Shown piece after piece: positions 12,378 through 23,619 of a DNA stretch of 64,000 nt. The DNA is from Convolutriloba macropyga (Eukaryota). Below the pieces are notes generated by a model. It worked only from the letters and a program-made list of their open reading frames with translations, was not told the DNA's origin and did not search any database. The position numbers and the translations under genes are program-made. Location: contig NC_134480.1 in assembly GCF_964194025.1 (NCBI RefSeq), positions 39,494,001 to 39,558,000 of the forward strand, read 5' to 3'. The stretch's first letter is position 1. The number at the start of each line of letters is the position of its first letter.

Positions 12378-13762
12378 TTACAATTCAAAGAATTTGAATT
12401 GTATTGGGGCGCTGTCTTTTTTACGACTCGAAGAGGAGTATTGGAGAAGTCCTTTTTTAATCAATTTTATTGGAGTGATTTTTGAAGCGGGAAATGAAAC
12501 GCGTGCAAAAATTTGGAGTGAGTGATTTTGGTGCTGAACAAAAGTGAACAGCGGAGCGAAAAGAGAGTGGTTTTTGTTCATACCGCTGTTTTTGAGAGAG
12601 CGAGAAATTGATGTGTGAAAAAATTTTCTCTAAGCGAGCGAAATTTTTTTTGTTCGCGTGCGGCTTTTAAAAATAGTTTTTTTGCAACTTTTGGTGGTTA
12701 TGAGATTTGATTATGATATTGTATTAGTTTTAGGCTTGTTTTGATAGGAATTGAAGGTTTCAAGTAGTTAATTTGAGTTTAATGCTAATTTGGAGGTTTT
12801 TGATCAGTTTTGCTGATTTTTAGACGAAATTTAATGATTTTTTGCCGGTTTTTTTGTTTTACTGCTTTAAGTGGGATTTGATTAGACGCTTGTTAATTAA
12901 GAAATTGTCAGATACCAATTGATTAAGTTTTGTTGGTATAATACTTTTTTGCTAAGAAAAAATGACAGCAAAATTGAGAAATTTTAAACCATTTTTCTTA
13001 TTTTTTTTGCAGCTTTTCTTTTTGATAGTAGACAAGTTTCTTAGCCTATTATGACTTGCCCATTGCTTTGCGAGCTTTTCATTGCTCTAATTGCAAAGGA
13101 ACTTTATTCGGCTTTGTGTTTCCTTGTGCTATTAAAATAACTTATTAAGTTTTTCTTATTTTATTCGGTTCAATTTGTTTTCCGTTTCTATTCTTCCTTA
13201 TATTTTATGGCATTTGTGGAGGTTTAGGCTTCACAATAGCTGTTCTAGTTGTTTAGTCATAATTATGGGCAATTTTCTCCTTCGAGTCGTTTCCGGATTT
13301 CTTTCGGCTATGTTTTAAGATCTGTTCACACATTTTCATGATTTTTGAAGTCAAATTGGAATAGTGATTGTTTTGGCCACGCCGAAACAGGTAATGGCCC
13401 GAAAAAGTGAGTGGTTTTGCGGCGTGAAATTTTTTGCTCTAATTTTAAAGTAGAGTGAGAAAACGGTGACAAAAATTTGCTTTCTCGCTAGTGGTTTTTT
13501 GTTCACATGCGGCAATTTCACTTTGGTTCTTACTGTTTTTTTCAATTTTTTGGATTTGATTGTTTTCTAAATGGTTTTCCCAATCCATTCATAGTTCATT
13601 GTAAGCCTAGATTTTTGTTAGAATCAAATTTACATTTCTCGTTAGTGGTTTTTTTTAAAAATGGTTTTCCCAATTCACTCAGTCCATTCTAGGTCTAGTT
13701 TTTTTGATAAGTCAAGGAAAGTTCTTTGAATTGTACGTCAGGATTTGTCCGGCTATGTTTTT
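12378..13762 (+). mobile_element. HINE-like element, family D
   Basis: subTIR acaattcaaagaa (12380) pairs with ttctttgaattgt (13722). 5' local hairpin acaattcaaa-gaa-tttgaattgt. 3' ends ccggctatgttt. Confidence 0.75.
12420..13316 (+). mobile_element. HINE-like element, family C, inserted in family D
   Basis: subTIR acgactcgaag (12423) pairs with cttcgagtcgt (13280), followed by ccggatttctttcggctatgttt. The empty site gctgtcttt|aagatctg is visible at ~45392-45408. Confidence 0.85.
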
Positions 13763-14837
13763 TTTTACTTCGTCGAACCATAAAAAATGTTCTGTTTACC
13801 TCATTTTGTCTCTTTTCCAACATTTTGCGGTAAATCTTCTTGACTTCTCTAGGCTAGTTTCTCTCATAATTCATTCTGCTAAAAGTGATTTTGAACATCA
13901 GTTGCTCAGCAAAGCAATTCAAAATGAACAGAGTCAGTATAAAAAATTGAAGTCAGAAATAGAAACCGGATAAGCCCATCAAGCCCAATTTTAGATGACC
14001 GCTGTTTGAACGTCGTTCCTATAAGTATTAGTTACCATCTCTAGTGCTTATTGGTATTGGAGAAGTCCTTTTTTTAATCAATTTAATTGTAGTGAATTTT
14101 GAAGGAAATGAAACACATGAAAAAATTTCGAGTGATTTTGTTGCTGAACAAAATGAAATGTGGACTGAAAGGAGAGTTATTTTTTTTCATATCGCTGTTT
14201 TCTAGAGAACGAGAAACAGGTGTGAAAAATTCTTTGAACGAGCGAAATTTTTTGTTCACGTGCGGCATTTCCAAGCCATTTTTTTTGATTTTTTTTAATT
14301 CAGAGGTTTTGTTATGATTTTAACTTTTTGGCTGGTTTGTGTGGTGATTTGAAGTTTTCTGAAAATTCATATGAGTTTTATTCTAATTCGGAGGTTTTTC
14401 ATGTATTTTGATTTTCGGGCTAATTTTAGCGATTTTTGACGATTGTTTTGTTTTACACCCCTATGACTTAGACCCCTATGACTTGAGAAATGTTTAACAG
14501 TGGTTCTAACAAGTGGTTACAGTTTTGTGGGTATGAAGCTTTTTTGTGTTGCGAAATATGACAAAAAATGGTGAAATTTGAAACTAATTTTCGTTTTTTT
14601 GTTTTTTAGACAAGTTTCTTAGCCTTTTTTGACTTGCCTATTGTTTTGCGGGCATCGAGATACCGTATTGGATGATCGGATTTTGTCTTTGGATTTATAT
14701 GCTCTTATAATATTTAAAAAATTTTTACTTTTTTCCAGTTTTGTAATCCAAGTTGTTTGTAAAGGCTTATTTTTTCATGATTTGGCTTCAAGAATTTAAA
14801 AAAAATTCCCATAAGCCGTTTTAGTAGGTACTAGTTG

Positions 14838-15195
14838 TTTAATTGCTCTTTAACAAAGTTCATAGCAATTATTGTAAACGTGTTGATCTTTTTTTGCACT
14901 TTTCTCGCTTGACCATTTTGAGCTTTTCTTCTAGAACATTCTTTGACTTCTCAATTGACTTTTTCCACGCTTTCGTTCTTGATTTTTGAGTTATCTCTAG
15001 TGCTCTCACTCCGAAGTAAAGTTGCTAATATAAAATTGGTTGCAGAACATTAATAGTCAGGTCCTGATAGCCGAGTGGTCAGTGCATTTGGTTATGGATC
15101 GGTAGGTCAATGGTGCGAATCCGGTGGTGTTCAAAATTTTTTCTACCCGCCTGTCGTTCGGGGCAGTTCTTCCGGCATTGGTCGGTTTATGTTTT
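14838..15195 (+). mobile_element. HINE-like element, family A, tRNA-cassette subtype
   Basis: Family A ends. A box tagccgagtgg at 15068, B box ggtgcgaatcc at 15112, then a T-run. Confidence 0.75.
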
Positions 15196-15642
15196 GCTGA
15201 AGTAATTTTGACAGAGATAGTTATCTCGGGATCTTATGACAAAATCTGATCAGATTTTTTTATCATATTTTAACAGATTTGATTTTCTTGTTTTTACTTC
15301 TCATGGTTTTGTTTCAAGGTAATCATAATTAGTGGAGGCACGTTTTGTCTGATGAGTTGTTGGAAGACGTTTAAATTGATTTCTACCTCGAGCCGTTTCC
15401 GGAATTCTGCCAGCAGTTTTAAGATCTGTTCACACATTTTCATGATGTTTGCAGTCAAATTGGAGTAGTGATGTTGGTCATGCCGAAGGAGGAAGTGAAG
15501 CGAAAAAGCGAGTGGTTTTGCTGCGTGAAATTTTTCCATTCTAAAATAGAGTAAGAAAACAGTGTTTCAACAAAAATTCCGCTTTCTCACTACTGGTTTT
15601 TTTGTTTACATGCGGCAATTGACTTAACTGTTTTTCCGTTTT

Positions 15643-17908
15643 TTAATTGCTCTCAAACGAAGTTTGTAGCCCATATATTATTCCTGTCGGTGTTTTTTAT
15701 GCGATTTTTTGCTTGACCGATGTTTCGTCTGACCCATTTGACTTTTCGACCTCAAAAACGGGATAAACAGGTAGTGCCCATGGGCATTAAGTGCTCTTAG
15801 AGCCTTTCGGCTCTGTTTCAGCTCAGACTGTTTTGGAGACTTATGGTGTGAAGGGAGTTTCTTAGAGGTTGAAGACCCCTCCACTTTTGACCCCCACTAT
15901 TGCCCCCCCGCGCTGTTTCCCCAACACCACTGCCCCCATCAGCCCGTCCCATTAGCCCTAGGTGTCAAGGAACCTCCTCTAAGTTTTGTTAATAAATTAC
16001 TGCATGGTTTCTAGGTGTAATGGAATGGTATCAACTTTTAACATCACGAAATTAAGCCTTTTTTGACAAAACGTGCAGTTTTTATCAAATTTTTCCAGAT
16101 TTGTTTTTCCTTATTCAGGTCTCTCCGGACCCAGGGGCCAGAACATTTCCTAAGAGGTTAGATAATAAATCACTGGCAAGTTTTTATTGGCCATGGAATA
16201 GTTTTGGCCATAGAACTCTTTAATGTAATAAATTTTAGCATTTTTAGATTAAATTTGGTTTTTTCAATTTTTCAAATGTTTGTCTTGTTTTAAGGTTTTT
16301 CAGCCTCAAGAGCCAAGGAACCTCCTCTAGGGTTTGAAAATAGGTTGCTGTATAATTTCTAGATGTGATGGAATGTCTTGCAAGATTAAACATCACGAAT
16401 TTTTTTGACATTTTTTGCCATTTATCTCATTTTTTTAATGTTTAGGGTCTTTTTTCGGGTTTTCTGAGCAACAAGGGTCAGAAAATCTCTGATAGTGTTT
16501 GATTATAAGTTACTGGAAAACTTGTTAGTCATGGATCAATTTTCAAATTTTTTATATTACAAGCTTTATCAATTTTTTTTGTAAAACTTGCAATTTTTTT
16601 AAATTTTGTAATATTTGTCATTTTTTAGGTTTTTCTAGCCTCAAGAGCCACAGAATTTCCTCTAGGGTTTGATAATATGTCACTGCATATTTTATAGATG
16701 TAATGGATTGTTTTTTCAAGATTTTAATATCACGAATTTAAATTTTTTCCATGTTTGTTTTTTGTCCGGCACCAGGGGCCCTCCAAGGTTTGATAATAAG
16801 TTGTTGCATAGTTTCTAGAGTTAATGGAATGGTGTTCAATTTTTTTTATCTTTGCAGTCTTAGTAAGTTTTTTCGAACTTTCGGAAAGTTTTTATGTTCC
16901 AACTGTATGGATGCTCTGTATGTACTCTATGAGCCAGTGTAACTTTTTCAGGCTGGAAACCATTTCTCCTGGGACAATGAAATGGTTCTTACGATAATAA
17001 TGTCTTGAATTTTGGAAGATTTTGTTGAATTTTGTTATAATTTGTTAAAGTTTTGTCCAAAATTTTAAATGTTTTTTGTCCTTTTCTGAGTTTAACGACC
17101 ATTACTGCCCAACGAAATTTAATTCATGGAGATGGTGTACTTGACGGAATTTTTGAGACAAAATTGGTTTAAAACTTTTTTCAACGCGAAGTTGAAAACT
17201 TCTGTTAATTTTGCCTTTCATTTTTTTGATTTTTTTACTAACAAGGCCAGATAACTAAAGTTGCAGCGTGGAATCCCATCATGTAACTTAGTCCTGTCTC
17301 TCTTTCTCTCTGTTGGTTAGAAATTCTTTCCTTCTCTTTCTCGTTCACGTTTTCTCTCTCTCTCTCTCTCACTTTATCTCCTTTTTTGTTGATGCCGAAC
17401 TTCAGCTGCTGTTATGTGGCGTAAAGTCATCATCTCTGATCTTCATTCTCATTAACAATGAGTTATAGTAGAAATGTTTTTATGATTAATGACTTAACAG
17501 ACAATTTTTAGGAAATCATTGTTAATTGCTCTCAAAAGCAATTTGTAGCAAATATATTAATCCTGTTTGTCTTATGCAATTTTTCGCCTGGCCAATTTTT
17601 TGTCTGACCCATTTGACTTTCGTCTCCAGAAACGTGATAAAGAAGTAGCGCCCAGTTTGCATAAAGTTCTCTGAGTGCCGTTCAGCCCACTAGTCTTCAA
17701 GTATGCGACTAACAGAAACTGTTTTGGAGACTTCTGCTTATGGTGTGAGGGGCGGTTCTGAAAAGTTGATCCCACACCCCCGCTGCGCTCACCTTAAGAT
17801 CTTTCAATTAATCTAAAGATAGCCTCAGTGAACCGTGGCTGGCTACTGACGATGCCAACCGCTCGCGGATCGTCTTAGAGCAATTCGCCCGACGTTAGTC
17901 GGTTATGT
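15643..17908 (+). mobile_element. Compound family A insertion (A 5' part, tandem array, complete A copy at 17521-17908) inside a family D copy
   Basis: Starts taattgctctcaaacga and ends tagagcaattcgcccgacgttagtcggttatgttt. The flanks rejoin to the D sequence seen uninterrupted at ~13530-13600. Confidence 0.7.
15960..16850. repeat. Degenerate ~170-bp tandem array with ~340-bp dimeric periodicity
   Basis: caaggaacctcctcta-like units at 15966, 16314 and 16649 alternate with gggccagaa-like units at ~16135 and ~16475. A further partial unit lies at ~16775. Confidence 0.7.
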
Positions 17909-18849
17909 TTTGGATGGGATTTTTCTCTAGCTGGTTTTCCCAATCCATTCATAGTTCATTCTAGGCCTAGTTTTTTGTTTAAACCAAATTTCTCTTTTTC
18001 GCTAGTGGTTTTTTGTTCAGATACGGCGTTTTGACACCCATTTTCTGTTTTTCATTTTTTGATCTATTCTTTTTAGAAATGGTTTTTACAATTCATTCAT
18101 ATTCCGTTTTAGTTCTAGTTTTTTTTGTTTAGTCAATGAAAATTCTTTGAATTGTATGTCAGTATTTGTCCTGCTATGTTTTTCTAATTCGCTTTACCTT
18201 TTGATCGCGTTTTCGTTTTAAGTCACGATTTTCACGTTTGACTACTGACTGACTTCCCTCACTGTTGCAACTGAATGGATTTTAAATTCTTTCAGGCATT
18301 GAATTACGCAATGTGGTGAATATGGTCATTTCAAAATAGCAAAACCAGAAGAGACGGGATAAACCGGTAAAGCCAGGTCATTAAGTCATAGTGCATTAGG
18401 TTACCAAAGTTCAGAGTTTTTGCTAGCTGACATTAGTATTAGGCTTATTATCTTTCAGTTTAGAAGCTGAATTAAATAGTTTTAAAATCCAACTGAAACT
18501 GCACGCCAAATTAGAACACATTTTTATTCTTTTCAATCTCGATGTGCATCGAGTGCCTCAACGGTGGCTATCTTCCGGCAGTCTGCAGGCTATGTTTTGT
18601 TTTTTTTTAATTTTATAATGAACTCCGTTTTCAATTTTTTCAGATATTTATGCTATGCTGTGTCTACTTTCTTCAGTTTAAATCCAACATTTCAACGTAT
18701 CCTGGAAAGATAAGTGTTTTATCTTATTTAAAGCCCATGAAAGTAGCATGTAGAAATATGGAAAAGTGGGTCCCCCACCTGCGCGCCCTCGCACCTACCT
18801 GCAAAACATGTGTAGCAATTGTCTTAGTCTTCCTGGCTGTTCTTATGCT

Positions 18850-19247
18850 ATGTTTTGTAGCACAGCCTTTTCATTTGATTGTTTTTCTGACCATTCGAAT
18901 TTTCTTCCTCAAACAGGATAAACAGGTAAAGCCTGGAGGGCATTTAGTCGCTGATTAGTTTTCTAGAGCTCTAGTAGTCTCCTGTGTGTATAACTCACCA
19001 AACCTGAGAAGACGTAGTCATGCCCCCGCACCTCAATCTTTCACCCCTAACCACGCACGCTAGACCCCATTGAGCCCCCTCTGCTCCAACCCATTTCTTT
19101 CCCGCCACTAATGAACCGTTTTTACTTCTTCTCCATATCTCAGTGAAGCTTAATTTGGTCCCCCTAAGCTCCAATTAGCTAATGAGAAAGCCAACCATTC
19201 GCCAGTCGTCTGAGAGCATTTCGCCCAAAGTTAGTCGGTTATGTTTG
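18850..19247 (+). mobile_element. HINE-like family A copy (3' end clear, 5' end uncertain)
   Basis: 3' gtcgtctgagagcatttcgcccaaagttagtcggttatgttt with a C-rich interior. Confidence 0.6.
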
Positions 19248-19325
19248 CCCATTTTAGATTTGATCACATTGTCGACTATTTCGCCCTATTTGAGATCACT
19301 CTAGTTGAGCTAGTTATATAAAACG

Positions 19326-19595
19326 TTTTTAAGTTCTCTAAAACGAAGTTTGAAGCAATTATTGTAAACGTGTGTCCTTCTATACCAATTTTTTCTTGAC
19401 CGTTTTTGCGCTTTTGTTCGAGAACATTCTTTCGATTTCACTTTGGACGCACTTTCACATGCTTGACTTTTAAAACAAGCAATTGTAATATGAGAAATTA
19501 CAAAACTCGGATAGCCGAGTGGTGAATGCTTCAGTCCAGCACGCTCTAGGGCGGGGTTTAAACCCCTCCCTGATTGGCCCTGATTGGGAATTTTT
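19326..19595 (+). mobile_element. 3'-truncated family A copy with tRNA-like cassette
   Basis: 5' ttaagttctctaaaacgaagtttgaagcaattattgtaaacg. A box tagccgagtgg at 19512; degenerate B box at ~19554. Confidence 0.65.
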
Positions 19596-20076
19596 GACCC
19601 AATCAACAAATTGAGAAACTTACAGATATTTGAAGAATACGGATATATGCCTTTTTTGAACAGTTATTTCATTGTATCTTGGCAACGGAGATATATCTCA
19701 GATCTGTTAGATAACAGACCAATAACTAAAAATTTAGAAACTCAACTAGACTTCTCGTCGGAGGTCAAATTGATTAAAGCTACAGGTTCTTTTTGTTGTC
19801 TTCTAGACAGTTTAATCTTACATTTAATGTAATGTTCAAATTGTCCAAGGCCTTTGTTCTGTCTTTTTTATTCTGTGCGGGTTTTTTGTCTAGTTTTACA
19901 ATCCACCGATTAGTGTATAAAGTCAGTGATGATGCTTTGGTTGCTAGCATCTTAATACGTTGCTATCATCGATGAGTTATAGACTGACTATAATACGTTG
20001 TTTTATGAGCTTATACGTTGCTTTATACGTTTTTGAATTGAGCATCCGAAAGAGTGTTGTTTTACACCTTTAATAT

Positions 20077-20094
20077 TGGTGCCGCGACCCGGGA
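20077..20094 (+). promoter_or_regulatory. Primer binding site, tRNA-His-like
   Basis: tggtgccgcgacccggga immediately follows the 5' LTR end and resembles the complement of the eukaryotic tRNA-His 3' end. Confidence 0.75.
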
Positions 20095-20981
20095 ACATGT
20101 GTAGTTCCAGGTGTTTAAAGTTTCCCGAAAAGTAACTCCTTGGTATAGTGATTTCGACAAGCTTTGGTAGTTCTACACTCCATTCGAGGATCCTTTCTAC
20201 AGTGTCTTTTGGTAATTCTTCATCCCAGTGCTGCCCGCTGACACGCCAGATGTCCTTTAGTAACAATCGGGCACCAACAGTAAATGGTGCCACTAGGCCG
20301 ATGGGATCAAACACCTTAGACACTAGACTCAATACCAAGCGTTGTGTTAAAGACTTAGTTACTGTACTGGAGGTACCCCGACTCACAACTAGAGTATCAT
20401 TGTTGTGATCCAATTCCAACCAAAGCCGTCCTAGAAAACTTCTACATGGACGATTACTTGGATTCGGTGGAGTCACCTGAGAGGGCTCTGAAAAGATTGA
20501 AGGAGTTGGTGCATCTTCTCCATCTAGGTGGGTTCATGCTTACTAAGTTTGTAAGCAATGTACCAAATCTGGCTGATCGAATTGATGGGTCAACTCAGTC
20601 TACCGAACCAAAAGTAATTGCCTCATCTAAGGAGGATTCTTTGCACGTGCTTTGGTTGAAATGGGATCACAGCAATGATACTCTAGTTGTGAGTCGGGGT
20701 ACCTCCAGTACAGTAACTAAGTCTTTAACACAACGCTTGGTATTGAGTCTAGTGTCTAAGGTGTTTGATCCCATCGGCCTAGTGGCACCATTTACTGTTG
20801 GTGCCCGATTGTTACTAAAGGACATCTGGCGTGTCAGCGGGCAGCACTGGGATGAAGAATTACCAAAAGACACTGTAGAAAGGATCCTCGAATGGAGTGT
20901 AGAACTACCAAAGCTTGTCGAAATCACTATACCAAGGAGTTACTTTTCGGGAAACTTTAAACACCTGGAACTACACATGTT
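20094..20981. repeat. Long inverted repeat with ~333-bp arms (20094-20426 and 20649-20981)
   Basis: The same 86-aa ORF appears at 20148+ and 20667-. The arms differ at only ~3 positions near the inner end. Confidence 0.95.
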
Positions 20982-21754
20982 TGGCGATAGTTCCCAAGAG
21001 GTCTTCAGCGCTGTTGCATTTCTCCGAGCTCAAGTGAACACTTCTAGTGGGCCAAAAACAGCTTGCATTTCTCCTGGGTAAAGCTCGTGTAGCACCTATG
21101 ATGGTGATGACAATTCCAAAGCTAGAGCTGCAAGCTGCTTTACTGGCCGCTCGGTTGAAACAAGATATCTGTCGAGCCCTTACTGTGCATGTCAACTCCA
21201 CAAGCAAGCAGCCAATATTTGTTGCAAACCGCGTATGCGAGATTTGAGAACACACTAGCGTTGACGAATGGAGCCATGTTGCCTCAAGCGATAATCCAGC
21301 AGATGCAGGTACTCGTGGTATGTCCGCTGAGGTTTTGCAATCAAGTAGCTGGGTGAGGGGTCCACATTTCTTAAGAACCAAGGAATTCCCGTTCGAACCA
21401 AGCATCGAAGTAGTTAAGAACATCAAACTTGGTATAGTAACTAAGGAAACTGACGAAACCAATACATCATTGGCCGCATCCGTAACCAAGTCAACTAAGG
21501 AACCGCCCCCGCAACTAATCCCCTTCGATAAGTACAGTTCTTATCAGAAGTTGCTACGGATAACAGCGTACGCACTCAGCTTGTTACCTTCTCACGAATG
21601 TTACCGTAATGCCGATGGTAGCATCATAGACCCCACGGAGCTTGACGAAGCCGAGCGTCATCTCCAGTACCTTGTGCAAGGGGAGTCATTCAATGCAGAG
21701 AAGAAAGATCTCCTCGAAAACAAACCCGTTAAACGGAGTAGCCATATTGCTTAG
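20446..21754 (+). pseudogene. BEL/Pao pol fragments (RT C-terminus, RNase H/Peptidase_A17 region), disrupted
   Basis: Three successive ORF fragments separated by a frameshift and stop codons. Confidence 0.85.
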
Positions 21755-21876
21755 TTTTCTCCCTTTATTGGGCCAAGTCGTCTAATCCGATCGGCCGGCC
21801 GCATCAAACGGTTGGTCGAAGTTGACTTTGATGTAAACATCCTATCGTTCTCGACGCACGCCATGCATATGTAAAG

Positions 21877-23010
21877 TTGTTCCTTAGGCACAACCACGTT
21901 AAACATCATCATCAAGGTATTGACTACCTGCGGGCTAAAGTACAGGAACGTTATACCATCCTCAAGTTACGATCCTCGCTGCGTTCAATTAAATCCAACT
22001 GCGTCACGTGCAGAAAGTTCCGAGCTGCCACTATCCAACCAATCATGGCTGACCTCCCAGTAGAAAGATTCGCATACCAGTCTCCTCCCTTCACAAACAC
22101 CGGGGTCGACTACTTCGGCCCGTTTTACGTTACTGTGCGTAGGACTATCGAGAAGAGGTGGGGTTTCCTCTTCACATGCTTAACTACTCGTACCCTTCAT
22201 GTTGAAATTGTTCCGTCCATGGACGCCAGTTGGTGTGTAATGGGAGTGGAGCGTTTTGTCTCCCGTCGAGGTACACCTGCCATCATTTGGTCAGACAATG
22301 GCACTAACTTTGTTGGCGCGGAAAAAGAACTACGCGAGAATATCGAGAAGTGGAATACCATCAACATCGCCGTCGAACTTGCCCACAAAGGCATTAAGTG
22401 GAGGTTCAATCCGCCCAGTGCGCCACACCAAGGTGGCATCAGGGAGAGGCTAGCACGTAGTTTCAAGCGCGTACTTTACACAATCCTTGGAACGCGTCGC
22501 CTCACAGATGAGGTTTTAAGTACCACTTTTTGTCTGGTCGAACATCCACTTAATTCACGTCGGCTAACGCCCGTAAACGCCGACCCGTCCGACATAGGCT
22601 CATTAACACCTAATCACTTTCTCCTCGGTAACCAAGCTCGTAGTCTTCCTTCCATCATTGGTGTAGATGAGTTTGATCACCGTAAGCGTTACGCCCGCGC
22701 GCAGTCTTACGCCAACGCTATTTGGTCTCGTTGGATCAAAGAGTACGTACCAGCGCTGAACCGACGTTCCAAGTGGCAGACGCCTGCCGAGCTTGACCTT
22801 AAGACCGGTGATTTGGTATGGGTAGTTGAAGAGATCAACCCAAGGGGTTACTACCTCACTGCTCGGATCACTGAACTACGTTACTGTTCCGACAGCGTCG
22901 CACGCTCCGCCGTATTGCGCACGTCCTCCGGATCGCTCGTTCGCCCGCTTGTAAAATTAGTACCCATTCTCCCAGCATGTTCTTCTGGGCCGGAGGATGT
23001 TAGTAACTAA
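21877..23010 (+). CDS. BEL/Pao integrase (open fragment of a disrupted pol)
   Basis: HHCC zinc finger (HVKHHHQG...CVTC), DDE core (TGVDYFGP, WSDNGTNF, GGIRERL), LTPNHFL and RPLVKLVPI. Confidence 0.85.
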   Translation: MFLRHNHVKHHHQGIDYLRAKVQERYTILKLRSSLRSIKSNCVTCRKFRAATIQPIMADLPVERFAYQSPPFTNTGVDYFGPFYVTVRRTIEKRWGFLFTCLTTRTLHVEIVPSMDASWCVMGVERFVSRRGTPAIIWSDNGTNFVGAEKELRENIEKWNTINIAVELAHKGIKWRFNPPSAPHQGGIRERLARSFKRVLYTILGTRRLTDEVLSTTFCLVEHPLNSRRLTPVNADPSDIGSLTPNHFLLGNQARSLPSIIGVDEFDHRKRYARAQSYANAIWSRWIKEYVPALNRRSKWQTPAELDLKTGDLVWVVEEINPRGYYLTARITELRYCSDSVARSAVLRTSSGSLVRPLVKLVPILPACSSGPEDVSN

Positions 23011-23436
23011 ATAGATGTAAGCGAGAAATAGATCATCCAATCAGAATCGAGTATTCAAATTGCGTATAGAATTGCGTCTAATATACACAAAAAGTTCCGG
23101 AAAAGTTCGTATAACCTAATTTTAAGTAAATAATACCATGATATGTATCGAATAAGGTGGTTTTTGGCTTAATATTTTTAGGTTCTTCAGACGATTGTTG
23201 ATCGATTATGAACCGATTCTGACGTCAATAACATCAGACAAAAAACCAGTAAAAGAGCATCAAAAAAACCTTGCCGTCTAAACTCTCTCTTGTTGCTATG
23301 TACGTCACAATCTTAATACGTTGCTATCATCGATGAGTTATAGACTGACTATAATACGTTGTTTTATGAGCTTATACGTTGCTTCATACGTTTTTGAATT
23401 GAGCATCCGAAAGAGTGTTGTTTTACACCTTTAATA
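22998..23436 (+). repeat. 3' LTR (~439 bp; TGTTA...TAATA)
   Basis: Begins at TGT after the PPT-like tract and ends at the same ttaata as the 5' copy. Confidence 0.75.
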
Positions 23437-23619
23437 AACGCTGACTATCTGACACCGCTGAAAGTACCCGGTTCATCGCGTACTAACTAGCTTCCAACTT
23501 TTTGAGTGTGACAAGCCGCTCTCACTAGCCAAAGATGCCAAGCCTTAGCGATTTTTGAGGTCATAGTAGGAATTGATGGCGGATATTTGATACTTAAGTG
23601 GGCGAGGAGATCGTTTTCA

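Larger units (their letters stand above)
12326..18598 (+). mobile_element. Nested cluster of HINE-like elements bounded by family B ends
   Basis: 5' ttaatagccgc with a nearby cggctatt inverted repeat. 3' gtggctatcttccggcagtctgcaggctatgttt at ~18564-18598. Contains family D, C and A copies. Confidence 0.7.
19949..23436 (+). mobile_element. Internally deleted BEL/Pao LTR retrotransposon
   Basis: 127-bp direct repeats (19949-20075 and 23310-23436, one mismatch). PBS at 20077. RT motif FYMDD at ~20440, Pao RNase H motifs (FDPIG, LHMFGDSS, IPKLEL, NPAD) and integrase. Purine-rich gggccggagga precedes TGT at 22998. Confidence 0.95.

Noticed and set aside
15061-15135. Functional tRNA gene
   Set aside because: A and B boxes are present, but no convincing acceptor or anticodon stems form, and it is embedded in a dispersed repeat. 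Treated as a tRNA-like cassette.
20003-20476. Separate minus-strand 157-aa gene
   Set aside because: It is the inverted duplicate of the pol segment.
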